DNA from: Lingula anatina
Lineage: Eukaryota > Animalia > Brachiopoda
Reading direction: 5' to 3'
DNA length: 64,000 bases
NCBI GenBank assembly: GCA_051362555.1
Contig: CM120644.1
Coordinates: 5,774,954-5,838,953 of the forward strand
Under the pieces are notes generated by a model. That model was given only the letters and a program-made list of their open reading frames with translations, was not told where the DNA came from and made no database searches. Position 1 is the stretch's first letter. Each line of letters opens with the position of its first letter. The translations under genes were made by a program, and so were the position numbers. Shown here piece after piece: positions 13,917 through 25,424 of this stretch.

Positions 13917-15708
13917 ATGAAGATGATCCTGCTCTTGATTTCACTTGTCGTTATTGCCACCCAAGGTAAAGACTTTATTTGATAACAAACCCTATTGATA
14001 GTTATGAATAAGAAAAATTATGTTTCTTTATAGAGAGAAAGAACTTATTCAAATTTATGTAGAAAACAAGTGCTCTGATATTATAGGCGGGCTTCAGATC
14101 AGTGGACTTGTCCGCGAGTCAAATATGGTGACCAACTAAAAAGATTGCCGCTTATCCGCTAATAAAAACTGAATGGATTAACCGAGGGGAAGGATTCAAG
14201 TGGGTTGGCCACATTTGACTCGTGGACTAGTAAGTCCACTGTTCGGTCATAGAGATGCAAATATTAACCTAATTGGATGAGTAGGGCCCAACAGATGGGT
14301 ACGTGGAAATTTTCATGGTGAATGTGACAGAAGGGAAATTTGAACGGAACATTGTAAATCAAGCTCGTGATAGGCATACTTAACAATGTTAAATGTAGGA
14401 ATTGCAATTTTTTTTTAATTTCACCTTAAATACAGAAGAATAGAACTTTGAATGCAGAGAATTGCAAAACATTATTTATAAATCCATTGTATGTGCCTTA
14501 AAAAAGGAAATATAAAAAGGAAAAAAGACAATATTTCCTGACAAAATTTGTGATATATAAACAGTTTATTGTGGGATGGCCCCTTTTGTGTTTAGACGTG
14601 GTGCGGCTGCTCACATAACAACTCCATTTGGATACACGTAAATTTTGTCAGTATTGGCTTTTGTTTTCCCAAGAATCAAAACATACTTTGCGTTGTATAT
14701 ATACAAAATTCTGTCTGCACGCCTATTTATCACTAATGTAACCCTCTTTAGAAAACCAAAACATCGAGTTTCAATATCTGTATATTACCACGCTTTTTGT
14801 TTTCCCATAACTCAAAACATAGTCTGAGGTTTAATATAGGGCCTACAGTATTATCATAATATACGTCTACGTGGGCAATGGTGTTTTATCTACAGCCCTA
14901 TGTATCACTAATGTATCCCTCTTGTAAACAGCAATAACTTATAAAACCAGAAAATCTTGTTTCGATTACTGCACATGCATGCATTACTCAAATGCTCAAT
15001 ACAGTTCGCATTTGCATCTTTAAAGATTTAAAAGCAGTTTCTCAATTCCCTTTCCAGTTTACTCAATGCAATTCCTGTAAGTCATCTTTAAAGATTTTCA
15101 AACATTTTGGCAACCTCCCGTGGTTGATGACTGGTTGTGCTATGTTGTTTAGTTTGGGCTGGTGGAAGCCTCAGTTTTATCCTTTTCTTAAAGATCCACC
15201 CCTTACACATGTGTTTAGCAACCATATCCATCAGCTTGGTATAACATAGCCTAAATAACGTGCACAAAATACATGTAATATTCATGTTTTTTTTTTCAGA
15301 AATCTCTGCTGGGCCTACTGGAACAGACGCCGAGGACAGTGCTTTGAGAGAAGATATGGAACCCGCTGATATTAAGAGAGATTACACATGTTACGTTAAA
15401 GATGACTGTAAAAACTATTGTTCTGTATGTCAAGTCTACAACTGCCATTCCAGGAAGTGCGTTTGTGATTTGTGTGTAAGTATTACAACCTGTAGCCTTA
15501 AGATGTTTTACCCCATATCGTCCTCATTAAAGATGCGCCGTCACAGTAGATAAACATTACATCGGTATCGTTTTCCACTTTAATTTATATAGTTGGCCAG
15601 CGTTAATCAAGAATTGATTTATTAATTAAGTCCGATAATTGATCTACTTCAGTATAATAATTATACGGATTTTGATTTTTCAATTTTTCCATTTACTTTC
15701 AGGACTAA
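13917..15708 (+). CDS. Secreted 8-Cys CS-alpha-beta defensin-like prepropeptide, copy 3 (exons 13917-13965, 15300-15475, 15703-15708)
   Basis: MKMILLLISLVVIATQEISA-GPTGTDAEDSALREDMEPADIKR-DYTCYVKDDCKNYCSVCQVYNCHSRKCVCDLCD*. Conserved splice sites; KR site; AATAAA at 15786-15791. Confidence 0.85.
14086..14248. mobile_element. MITE family B in intron 1 of peptide copy 3, 3-bp TSD (ATA)
   Basis: Inverted arms cagtggactt..cgagtcaaat / atttgactcg..aagtccactg. Absent from paralogous introns (gatatt-ata-gatatg at about 9965). ATA on both sides. Inverted second copy at 50555-50729. Confidence 0.75.
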
Positions 15709-18063
15709 TAATATTTGGATATGGACATTTGCAAAGGTAGCAGAGTTCATAGAATTGATCTAATCATAGTTTCATTTTGAAAATTAATAAAATGAATCAA
15801 GCAAAATAGGTCTGTTTTTACGTGTACACCGTTGGTTTATTGCCAAACTGCAGGCGTCTCAAGTCTTCAATCACAAAAAAAACCCAAATGCATTATTTTT
15901 GTCTTATCTTCGAAGACCTGCCATAGTGTGTTAAATAAGAGAACTAGATCAAAGCACCTTGCATACAGTGTTAGTGCCCATTCAAATCAATGGTATTTTA
16001 TAACGTGCTACTGTTGAAAGCTGTCATATTCTATTTCTACCTAAAGCTACAATTTATATGGGGAAGTTTTTGCTCACGGTCTGGTCATATCAATAATAGC
16101 AGCAGTTTTCACCGAGGCGCGATTTCCTATTTATGGCTATTTTAAAAGTCAGTCTTTTAATTGAGCACATTTTAATTGAAATATATTTTGATTGAACATT
16201 TTGTTTATAAAAAAATTAAGTAATTTTTTTTATTTTCGCCTAGTCTAAGTGCTAAATATATGGATGGAGTTTTCATCCAAATAAATGCCAGCACAGGTAT
16301 TTGTTCGATAACCGTGGGTATTTTCAATGTCGCAACTAGTCGTTGAACAAAAACAATGAATGTCTTTCCCGGAAATGCACAGTGTATTCAGGAATGCATA
16401 TTGAAATTTAGCAAACAGCATCTAAACAACCAGCACTAAGGTGATCAAACAGTGGAGGTTTTTGCAGGTGTCAGATATGTCATTCGATATACTGGTTGTT
16501 GCACGAGAGAGAAAAAAAGACAAAAAGAGATAGCGGAAACGAGATGCAGGGGAAGGTTTTTGCCATACGATTTGTTGAACAGGCATTTATAAAGTCTTTA
16601 TAATGCGGGGTGCATCGTCGTTTGGGAAAATGGGAAAATAATTTACAGGTGCAGCGTATGTAATATAATTTGTCTCGATATTTGGCGTGATTCGGAAGAT
16701 ATATAACTATCCTATAGACGCATTTAATGCAATTTTGTTATGTCAAAACCTCAAAAGTTCCCAACATGTGATGACTACCACCCACCCGCCTTCCCCGCAC
16801 CCCGTGGTCAGCTCGAGCATTAACTCTATTAAGGCATAACTGCATCACAAATAATCACGGTCAAACTATTTGGTAGCATAATACAGAGACTATAGCATTA
16901 TTTCAGTCTTAATTTTAATTGGAAAGTTAATTAACACGAGGCAAAGATAAAACTTTATCCAGTTAAATGTGACCGATTTTTATGACAGCCTCCACGAGCG
17001 CCTGATCTGCGATTGCTTGCGATCTCAATTAACACATTTGAATACCTGAACACTTTCTTATTATTAAACGATTGAGTGGTCCTATTCTCTTACAGATTAA
17101 GCCCTTTATTCGACGATATAACCAACGGCTGCTTAACTAAGAATTGTTTTTGTTTCAGTTACATGTCATAATTTAAATTTAAAAAGAAGTCTGGATTTAC
17201 ATGTGTCTGGATTAATCTCTCTCTCTCTCTCTCTCTCTCTCGTTAGGTTTTAACTCAGACAGATACACAATTAACACTGCATTCATGCCATGTCGCATTC
17301 TCGCTTGTGCTATGTAATTCTCCGCCGCAATTAGTATTACTTCCTGCAAGGTTATTGGAAGTTCCAAATGACACAGTTTTCCCAAATTGTGCTGTCTGAG
17401 CGGAGCCTTACCAAAGGCTTCACCCGGGGGAGGGGGAGGGGTATAGTAGGTATCGTGTGTTCCTGAGCTGTCCTCTTCTCCCTTCTCACTCACTCCACAT
17501 CCCCTCCAAAACACACACCTAGGAAAACAAAACAAATAACCAAAACAAATATAAAAATAACTGAAATGTAATAATATAACATAAAATGAAATAAAAAAAG
17601 CCCGACGAACGAACCGTGACAAATCCAATTGAGTAATTTCCTCCTGCTAACTACCAAACTTTCGAGTAAATAAAGACCTACAATCGCACATGGCAAACAT
17701 ATATTGGAATATGTTTATATTTTAATACATGCATCTTAAACAACATTGTCCTTCTTTTACTAATGATGACGTTTGCCTATAAAGTTGGACGTAATATGCG
17801 GACATATTTTGTAGCAGTTTACTACTCTGTACGTGAAGGAAAGCGTGCTGTAGGCAAGAACCACTTTGTTACAGTTTGATGGCACTTTGATTGTTTTCCA
17901 ACCGTATGCCTCATTTCGGTCAATGTACAAATATCTGCAGGGATACTTGTCATAAAAGAGTGCCATATTACTTATCATTAACAATATAACGTAAATTTCT
18001 TTGAGTTCGTTTTTGTTGAACGCCGAGGCCTTTCTTTTTTGTTTTTACTTTTTAACCAAACGC

Positions 18064-19180
18064 TTACATATCGTCAAGACACATTTTACAAAGTAGCCAT
18101 ATCGCGCAGTTTTCAATGGTCGGCCACACACGGAATGACTTAATGAAGCAAGTTACAGCATCTGGTTTGTTTTTGTTCATCAGGTGACTTTGTCCTAGTA
18201 GGGCATATCCAATCATTTTGTCAAAAAGATAATCACACGTGTCACATGCCTCCTGTCACTCGTGTATCCTCTGCGAAACTCCTACTTGTCCTTCTCCGTG
18301 GTATGTCTCGTTGGCAATTAGAATCGCAAGATTTTTTCCAAACACAAGAGGGTGAATGGAGGGTCGGACGTCATTAACTTTGAAGCAGTATAATTCATTC
18401 TGTACTTCCTTACGCAAAGTGTCAACAAAATTAAGTTGACAGTGGCACTTTATTCTCATTGCTTTCCCTTCTTGCAGTATCCATAGAGCCAAGTTACGCC
18501 CACTTCGATTCCCGGACTTTTTTCTTTGCATTTTTTTAAAAATTTTTTTTGTGTGGCTTTAGTCGGAATTCACCTTCTGAAACTTGCCGCGCTGCATATG
18601 AAATGTATATAGTGTTTTAAGTTTATATCTTCTAGTGCGAGGGCTACGTACTGTTCGGCGCTTTAAAATGGTTCGCAGCAATATTGGTATTTGCAGTTTT
18701 ACCCCAAGTGTAATAAAAATTTACTAGTTTCAGTTTGCTACTTGTCAGGTCCAGGTCGACTGAAGATCAAAGTACTTCTTCAGCTTTGACGAAGTCACTT
18801 TCTTGATTGTCTCTTACTGCGCGCCCATGTTGGAAGTGCCCTTTATTGAGCTCCTGGAACTTTTTGAAAATATTTGACAAATGTAACCCAAGGGATTTAT
18901 CAGAAATATTATCACAAAACATTTGCAAATCATTATCTTGCTCGATTAACGCCTAGGTCACTGGTATGAAAGGCAATGGCCATTATAAGCGATGATGGTC
19001 TTGGCTTTAATTTTATGACGACTTGCAGTGGAAATACAATATTTTCCATGATGATTGAAACTCCTTGGAAATGCTAACACGTTGGTCCTCTCACAGGGTG
19101 TCAATGAGATATTTGCCAAGTATGAAACAATGTGGAATGGTGTTTCATGGAACCACCCCTTAAGCTTCTCGAGGCCATCC
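18064..19180 (-). pseudogene. 5'-truncated, decayed paralog of the cGLR/Mab-21 gene
   Basis: Colinear DNA similarity to 20130-21255 (RNLALWILQE, PSIHP, LAILI, MIGYALLGQ, NKPDAVTCFIKSFRVWPT); in-frame stop at 18256-18258; multiple indels; catalytic N-terminal half missing. Confidence 0.8.
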
Positions 19181-19332
19181 CTGAATTATGTTGTTGCCAC
19201 GCCGTACATATATTGAATGGTTACAGCTTTATATTTAGATAGGTTTATGTAAATATGATCAGCCAAATGTTCTAATGTTCTGTATATTCTGATTTCTATA
19301 ATGATCTTTTTCATTTGAAAGTACTTTTGATA

Positions 19333-19619
19333 CCCGCACGAAAACGAAGTAGGTACTCCAGCGCAGTAGACTACTGCAATCATACTGCAAACATGCATCA
19401 AATCTGCTTCTATGTGGGAGCTAATTAGCATATTTGAAACATGCTTCTATCATGCTGCTAATCTACTGCATTAATGCTCCTCCTCTGTACAACCCTATGT
19501 AACTTTTGAAGTAGAATTGCAGTAGGCTATACTGCATTTCTACTGCAAATATGCTCCACACCACTACTACTGCGTTAATGCTTCTTTGCTACTTCGATAC
19601 TACTGCATTTCCGTGCGGG
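19333..19619. mobile_element. Small non-autonomous DNA transposon, 2-bp TSD (TA), possibly EnSpm/CMC-like
   Basis: Termini CCCGCACGAAAA and TTTCCGTGCGGG, TA on both flanks, internal repeated TACTGC/GCAGTA motifs. Confidence 0.7.
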
Positions 19620-20127
19620 TAAACACAATGGAATCCGTATTGATTTTGCATTGACAAATACACAGGCCGCTAAAGGCTATAAAGAAAGACCTTTTGCTGA
19701 TATCAACAGGTGTCGTGTCGACAAATAGACAGGCCACTTTAGTTTTCAATTTTTATACCAGTAAGTAGGTCAGAAAAATACACTTTGAGTCTAGGGCCCA
19801 GTAAAGACATCGATCAGTTCACGTACGTTCTGTTGTTTAAAATCCCTGACATCAATATCAAGCAATTTTTTCAGTTACAACCCGTGGTATTTATTATCCA
19901 AAAAATCTTAAATTATATATCTTTGCTCACTAAAAGTGATTAAAAAAGAGTGCGTGTTAATATTATTTTCTTTTCATATTAATTAATTACTGCCCTCCCA
20001 AAATTTACAAAGGAAACCTGATGATTTTAACGTTGTTTAAAATCTACTTACCATAAAAACTGTACTCTAATCATTAACATTCTATCATTAATATATTTCA
20101 GTTCATTTGTGTTGAATGCGGATGTTT

Positions 20128-22198
20128 TTAACCGAATGCACGCAAGAAATTACAAAGTAGCCATATCGCGCGGTTACCAGAGGTCGGCCACACACGGAAT
20201 GACTTAATGAAGCAAGTAACAGCATCTGGTTTGTTGTTGTTCATCAGGTGACATTGTCCTAGTAGGGCATATCCAATCATTTTCTCGAAACTTTGATCAC
20301 ACTTGTCACATGCCTCCTGTAACTCGCGTATCCTCTCCTGTAACTCGCGTATCCTCCCGTCTTCCCTCGTGGCATGTCTCCATGCCAATTAGAATTGCAA
20401 GAAATTTCCCAACAATAACAGGGTGAATGGAGGGTATTTGAAACGTGTCGAAACCGGATATTACGTACTGTAATTCCTTAGGCAAAGTGCAGATATAATC
20501 TGGTGGATAACAAAAAGGAAAGTGAAACTTGCGCTCTTGCAATATCCAGAGAGCCAAATTCCGTCCTCTTTTATTCCCAGACTCCTGTCTTAGTAAAGCT
20601 TCTACTTCAGCGTACCGCTTGTGTAGTGAGATGGATTCATTCGGCAAAGCATTTAAAAGAACAAAGGAACTGTAATGTTTTAAGCTGTTGTCATTTAGTG
20701 CAAGGTGTAAGTACTTTTCGGCGCTTTCAAAATGGTTGGCAGCATTGGTATTTGCAGATTTACCCCAAGTGTAATAAAAATTTGCTAGTTTCAGTTTGCT
20801 ACTTGTCATGTCCAAGTCAACCGAAGATAGAAGTAGTTCTTCAGTTTCGATGAAGTCGATTTCTTGGTTGTCCCTTAAGGCGCGCACATGTCTGTAGCAT
20901 CCTTTAATTTGCTGCTGTAGCATTCCGAGAACCGGTGACAAATGTCGCCCGAGGGTTTTATCAGAAATGCCCTCACAAAACATTTGCATAACATTTTCTT
21001 GTTCGATTAACGCCTCGGTTACTCGTATGAAAGGCAATGAGTATAAAAGGCAATTCAACGGATGGGACCTGCAGCCAATCTTGCTGGTGGCTTTAATTTT
21101 ATGATGACTTGGGCAAGATTTTTCGTGATGATTGACAACTCCTTGGACATTCTGACACGCTGGCTCTCTGATAACATGTCGATAAGATTATTGCCAGGTA
21201 TGAAATAATGGGGTAGGTGCCCCTTGCTAAACCATCTGAACAACTTCTTGAGGCACTGCCGTATACGTTGAAGAAGCTTGTCGCTACGCCACATCTCGCG
21301 AGAAGTTTCGTGGACCATCCACAACATCAGCGTCTTAATGTGATATGATGTGAGGTTTTCCTGATGCCCCGTTTTCTTTTCGATCAAATTTTTAATGTAT
21401 TTCAGAATAAACTGAACCCTGTGTTGAGTCTCATTAAACGATCGCACGAGGGTCTTTTCAGCCAAAACCGTTGACAATCTCCACTCGTATCTTTGACAAT
21501 CAGGTGCACTGCTTTTGTGACCTACCGGAACAACATGACAGCCGTCTTCTATAATAGTGACGATATTTTTGTCTGATGGCCACCCATGAGTCCTCTCTCT
21601 GGTGAGCCATTCCTGTGCACAGTCTGGCCAGCGGGCCACCATTGGAAAAGCTATTACTGAATCATATTTGATTTCGTAGTCCACAATATGGAAGAGGTTT
21701 TTGAATAAAGTGTGAGGAGGGGCCATGTATCTCTGTACTGAAATTGAAAAACGTGTTAAACTTTTCAAAGCACTGTGTTGTCGTTTTGCTTGAGAGATAT
21801 TTTTCATCTTCAGTTATCAGACTTGTGCCTACTGACCGTAACTTGCCATATCCGGCATGCGAGCCTGTTGTATCGAAATAATATTTTCGCACGTGAGCGG
21901 GCATGGAACATTTGAATATAGGGTCATTGATCACGACATTTGAATAGTTATATACCATTCTATCAAAATCAGACGAAACTAAGTCCCCATTTTCATCTAA
22001 ATTTCTGTCAAAGCTGTCCGCTCGGCTTCCACACGTTCTCTTGATGCAAAAACCGAAATCAAAATCTGGTATGGCGTCGTAAATGCCTGCTTCAATGTAG
22101 ATGTACTCTCGTTCCTCGTGGCAAAAGCCAAATCTATCAAACCAACTGTTTACTTCTCTACTTAAAATCCTCAAATCTTCAGTGTTGCTCTCAGCCAT
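20128..22198 (-). pseudogene. Intronless cGAS-like receptor (cGLR, Mab-21 nucleotidyltransferase) with C-terminal TPR-like helical region, broken by 3 frameshifts
   Basis: Four overlapping ORFs join into one protein of about 690 aa: GS...SDFDRM catalytic motif, GYGKLR, YLSS, HGP, third Asp in YDSVIAF, WP..A.EW..R.R..GWP, GCHVVPVG, EWRLS...AEK.L, LTSYHIKTLMLW, LPHYFIPGNNL. Shifts at about 21700, 21060-21130 and 20320-20365. Confidence 0.85.
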
Positions 22199-22657
22199 TG
22201 CTGGCGACTTACAGATGTATCGGAAAGACGGGAAGACAACGTTAAATTCTGGAGATGATTATGACTGTACCTGCACTGCTTACATCTAAAATAAAGCTTG
22301 GAATACAGTAGATTGTAACCGTGGTAATTGAGGGGTAATGTTTTTTTAACCTGATAATGACTTTTCATTATTATCATGGCGTATGTCAATATAGTATCTT
22401 ATTATTTTTTTATTTGGTTATTATATAAGCTCTACTGAAATGACGCCGCACGAAAGGGGATTTAAGGTCACATGACAAATGTAAGGTTTATGTTTTATAG
22501 TATGACAGTCTGCAAATTCGCTGATGTCTCCGATTGCTTGCGATCTCTACTAACACATTCGGGGAGCCGAACACTTTCTTATTGAAAAAAAAACATTGCG
22601 TTGTTTTAATTTTATTTTATCAGAAAGTAATGTGTGACTGATTAGATAAAACTTCCA

Positions 22658-22850
22658 CCAATTGTCAGCTCCTTATTACACATTATTACCAATTGTCAGC
22701 TCCTTAATACACATTATTACCAATTGTCACCTCCTTATTACACATTATTACCAATTGCCAGCTCCTTATTACACATTATTACCAATTGTCAGCTCCTTAT
22801 TAAACATTACTAATTGCCAGCTCCTTATTACACATTATTACCAATTGTCT
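22658..22850 (+). repeat. Minisatellite, about 31-bp unit x about 6
   Basis: CCAATTGTCAGCTCCTTATTACACATTATTA repeated with few variants. Confidence 0.9.
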
Positions 22851-23287
22851 GCTCAACTGGAAATAGTATGAAATGTTTAGCAATTACTCTACGACCATCA
22901 GACGATTTTTATGACATCCAATTTCATTGACTTATCTGTATTAAAACAGAAGTCAGGCTTTAAAGGCTTCTACTGTACATGTCTCTCTAGCTCTCTTTCT
23001 CTCTCTTTATAACTATAATTATTATTAATAATACAATAACCAGGGAATTGAATAAAAAATGGAAATTGAGGAAATAACATGAAACAAAATAAAACAAGAC
23101 AATCGAACCGATACAAATACAACAGTAAAATATCTCCATCCTGCGTCCTAGTAAATTATAGTTCATATTTAAATTTTCCATTGTTATCGTATACTGTTTC
23201 GTTTTAATCATATACATTTTCATTTGACTAGATTTTCAATTCACCGGTGTGTTTTTTATCCTTGCCCCTCCTACCCACCCCACCCCT

Positions 23288-23288
<1 letters not shown>

Positions 23289-23324
<36 letters not shown>

Positions 23325-23352
23325 ACCACCACCACCACCACCACCACCACCA
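23289..23352 (+). repeat. Compound microsatellite (CA)n(CCA)n
   Basis: Directly visible; produces the spurious poly-HT/P/T/H ORFs. Confidence 0.95.
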
Positions 23353-23599
23353 CTCATACCCCATTCGCAGACTCTTATATTCATCAGCGCATACATCAAG
23401 TATATATATATTATTATTATATTTCGGCACGCAGCTGTCAAATCCCTACACGTCACGTTCCCCTTTCACTCCGTTGGCGACGTGCTAGTTTCTATGTATT
23501 CTCAACACATTGTTCCCGATTCAAAACTCGCTCTCTCTGTTGACGCTTTAAATTACGGGCCCTCGGTCTTTGGTTATGGCCACATAAACAAGCAAACAA

Positions 23600-24190
23600 T
23601 GTGCATTCTGGCACAATAACACCACTCAGGCGGTCAAGGGTCAGAACACTATGCACACACGCGGCTGTGAAAAAGACGGCTCGGACTGTATTACGTGTGG
23701 AACAATACCCGAACAACTTTTCTTTTCACCTGTACAAAAATATTACGGTACCTGTGCGCCACTTGATACCGTGATAAGGTGTTCAGGTTCGGTGATATAC
23801 GAACGCTCTTAACCAAATCTCCGCTGTGAAGAGTACCCGTGCACCGAGGACCGTTGGAGCGAGTCAATATTTGAAGGATTTTTAATTTCATCCCATTGAT
23901 CATCCAAAGAACACTTGTTGACACTGCTCGGCGGTTGCGGTACCCAGGGAATTGCTTAATTTCCTGCTCAAGTCGCCGGAAGATCTGGTAATTGACTGTG
24001 GGTTTACATATCCTGTGTACACACGATCTTTCTTTTCTTCGAATCCCGGGTCTCGAGTGCCGACAACGACAGACATTATGACAGCGGACGGCAGTGACAC
24101 CACATGTTGGGTGACTTGAAGAACGTGACGACGCCTGTCATCAAGTTAACATCCTCGTCCTACATGCGCCTCCGGGATAGCAGTATCCAG
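23600..24190 (+). other. Probable first (5' UTR) exon of the 27479-34205 gene; start coordinate approximate
   Basis: CpG-rich island ending in a strong donor CAG|GTAAGC at 24190/24191; a suitable acceptor (ttttag|) lies at 27441/27442. Confidence 0.4.
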
Positions 24191-24651
24191 GTAAGCTTTC
24201 TTGCCGAGCTACCCTGAGTTTCATGCTACGAGATGGTGACCACAGGAATTTGTTTGTATGGTAAACACCCGATTTTAACCAGAAAAACCTGGATGTTGAG
24301 TAACTTTGTATTAATTGTTCTAGGCAAATGTAGAAACCCAAGAGAAATTGGCTGGAAGAAAACGTGATTAATTATTTTGTCCGAAAAAAAAACATCAACA
24401 TCAACCGATTTATCGGTATAAATAAGTGTTGGTTGACCTGTAAATCAAAAGTAATTTAGGACCCACAGGAACTAACCCACATGCGTCCTCACACACACAA
24501 CGTTTGCACACACACGCGCGCGCGCGTGCACACCTTCACACATAGCACCTACACGTACGCACGCACATTTAAGTACACACATACACGTACAAAATAACAG
24601 AAACGACGAAAAAATAAATGTATCTAAGCACACACACATGCACGCATGCTG

Positions 24652-24689
<38 letters not shown>

Positions 24690-25393
24690 TATGTTCAATC
24701 AGTCAAAATTTAACTCCACTGGAGACGGTTCTTTGCTGGACTCTTTTTCTAAAGTGTTAAGGTATGGCTATAGCTTCTGTAAAGCTTATCTAAGCTATAA
24801 ATCATGCACTAGAACGTAACCGTCTGTGTTTCATGTAAACTTTAAGTGTAATGGTTTGAAATAAAAGTGATATACCGGGGAGGGTTTTTTTCCTCAAATA
24901 ATGCGATAATGACACCAATACAATGTCTTTAGCGGACACAGTATTTTAGGTCTTTTTCAATTTCTCTTAACAAGAAATTCCTGTTTCTGTTAAGGGGCTG
25001 AATATCCCCTAATGGGACACAATCGTTAAGTTGGTGTGATAACGCGGGCGATAAAAAACCCTGTATCAACAAAACGCCAATGTTCTCCTTGACGATTACA
25101 TAGCCGCTAATCTGGGGGATACCGAATAATCTACAAATGCAATGAGCACAGCCGTGTTAGAAATTTAAAATAAATAAATAAATAAATGATGGAGAGCATG
25201 ACAAGACATGACATTACAAGCCCCTCAGGAATTAACAACTTGCACGGGGTGGGGGTGGGGCTAGTAAAGCGTTTTTTTTTTTGTTTTTTTTAATTTATTT
25301 CTTCGAATAGTTAGATGCACGGATGAGTAGGCGTACTTGGTCACAAGTATTTGGAACGTATATTCCTTGAGATTTTGGTCAATTTTTATCAAT

Positions 25394-25424
<31 letters not shown>

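Larger units (their letters stand above)
1..17000 (+). repeat. Tandem segmental duplication carrying the peptide genes (units about 1-4880, 4880-11700, 12450-16160; remnant of a further unit start about 16810-17000)
   Basis: Long colinear non-coding matches: 200-1420 vs 5200-6280, 1420-2250 vs 8790-9600, 310-850 vs 12465-13035, 4982-5160 vs 16813-17002. Confidence 0.85.

Noticed and set aside
20128-22198. Programmed ribosomal frameshifting or tiny introns explaining the cGLR breaks
   Set aside because: Three shifts of mixed direction; no convincing slippery sites or splice signals seen; one shift is explained by a duplication plus deletion relative to the paralog.
22658-22850. Regular 31-bp repeats as a possible CRISPR array
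   Set aside because: Head-to-tail units with no unique spacers, eukaryotic context, no cas genes.
23224-24687. Short ORFs with poly-H/T/P/W/CV tracts and minus-strand ORFs at 23492-24341
   Set aside because: Microsatellite translations or chance ORFs in a CpG-rich probable 5' UTR region.
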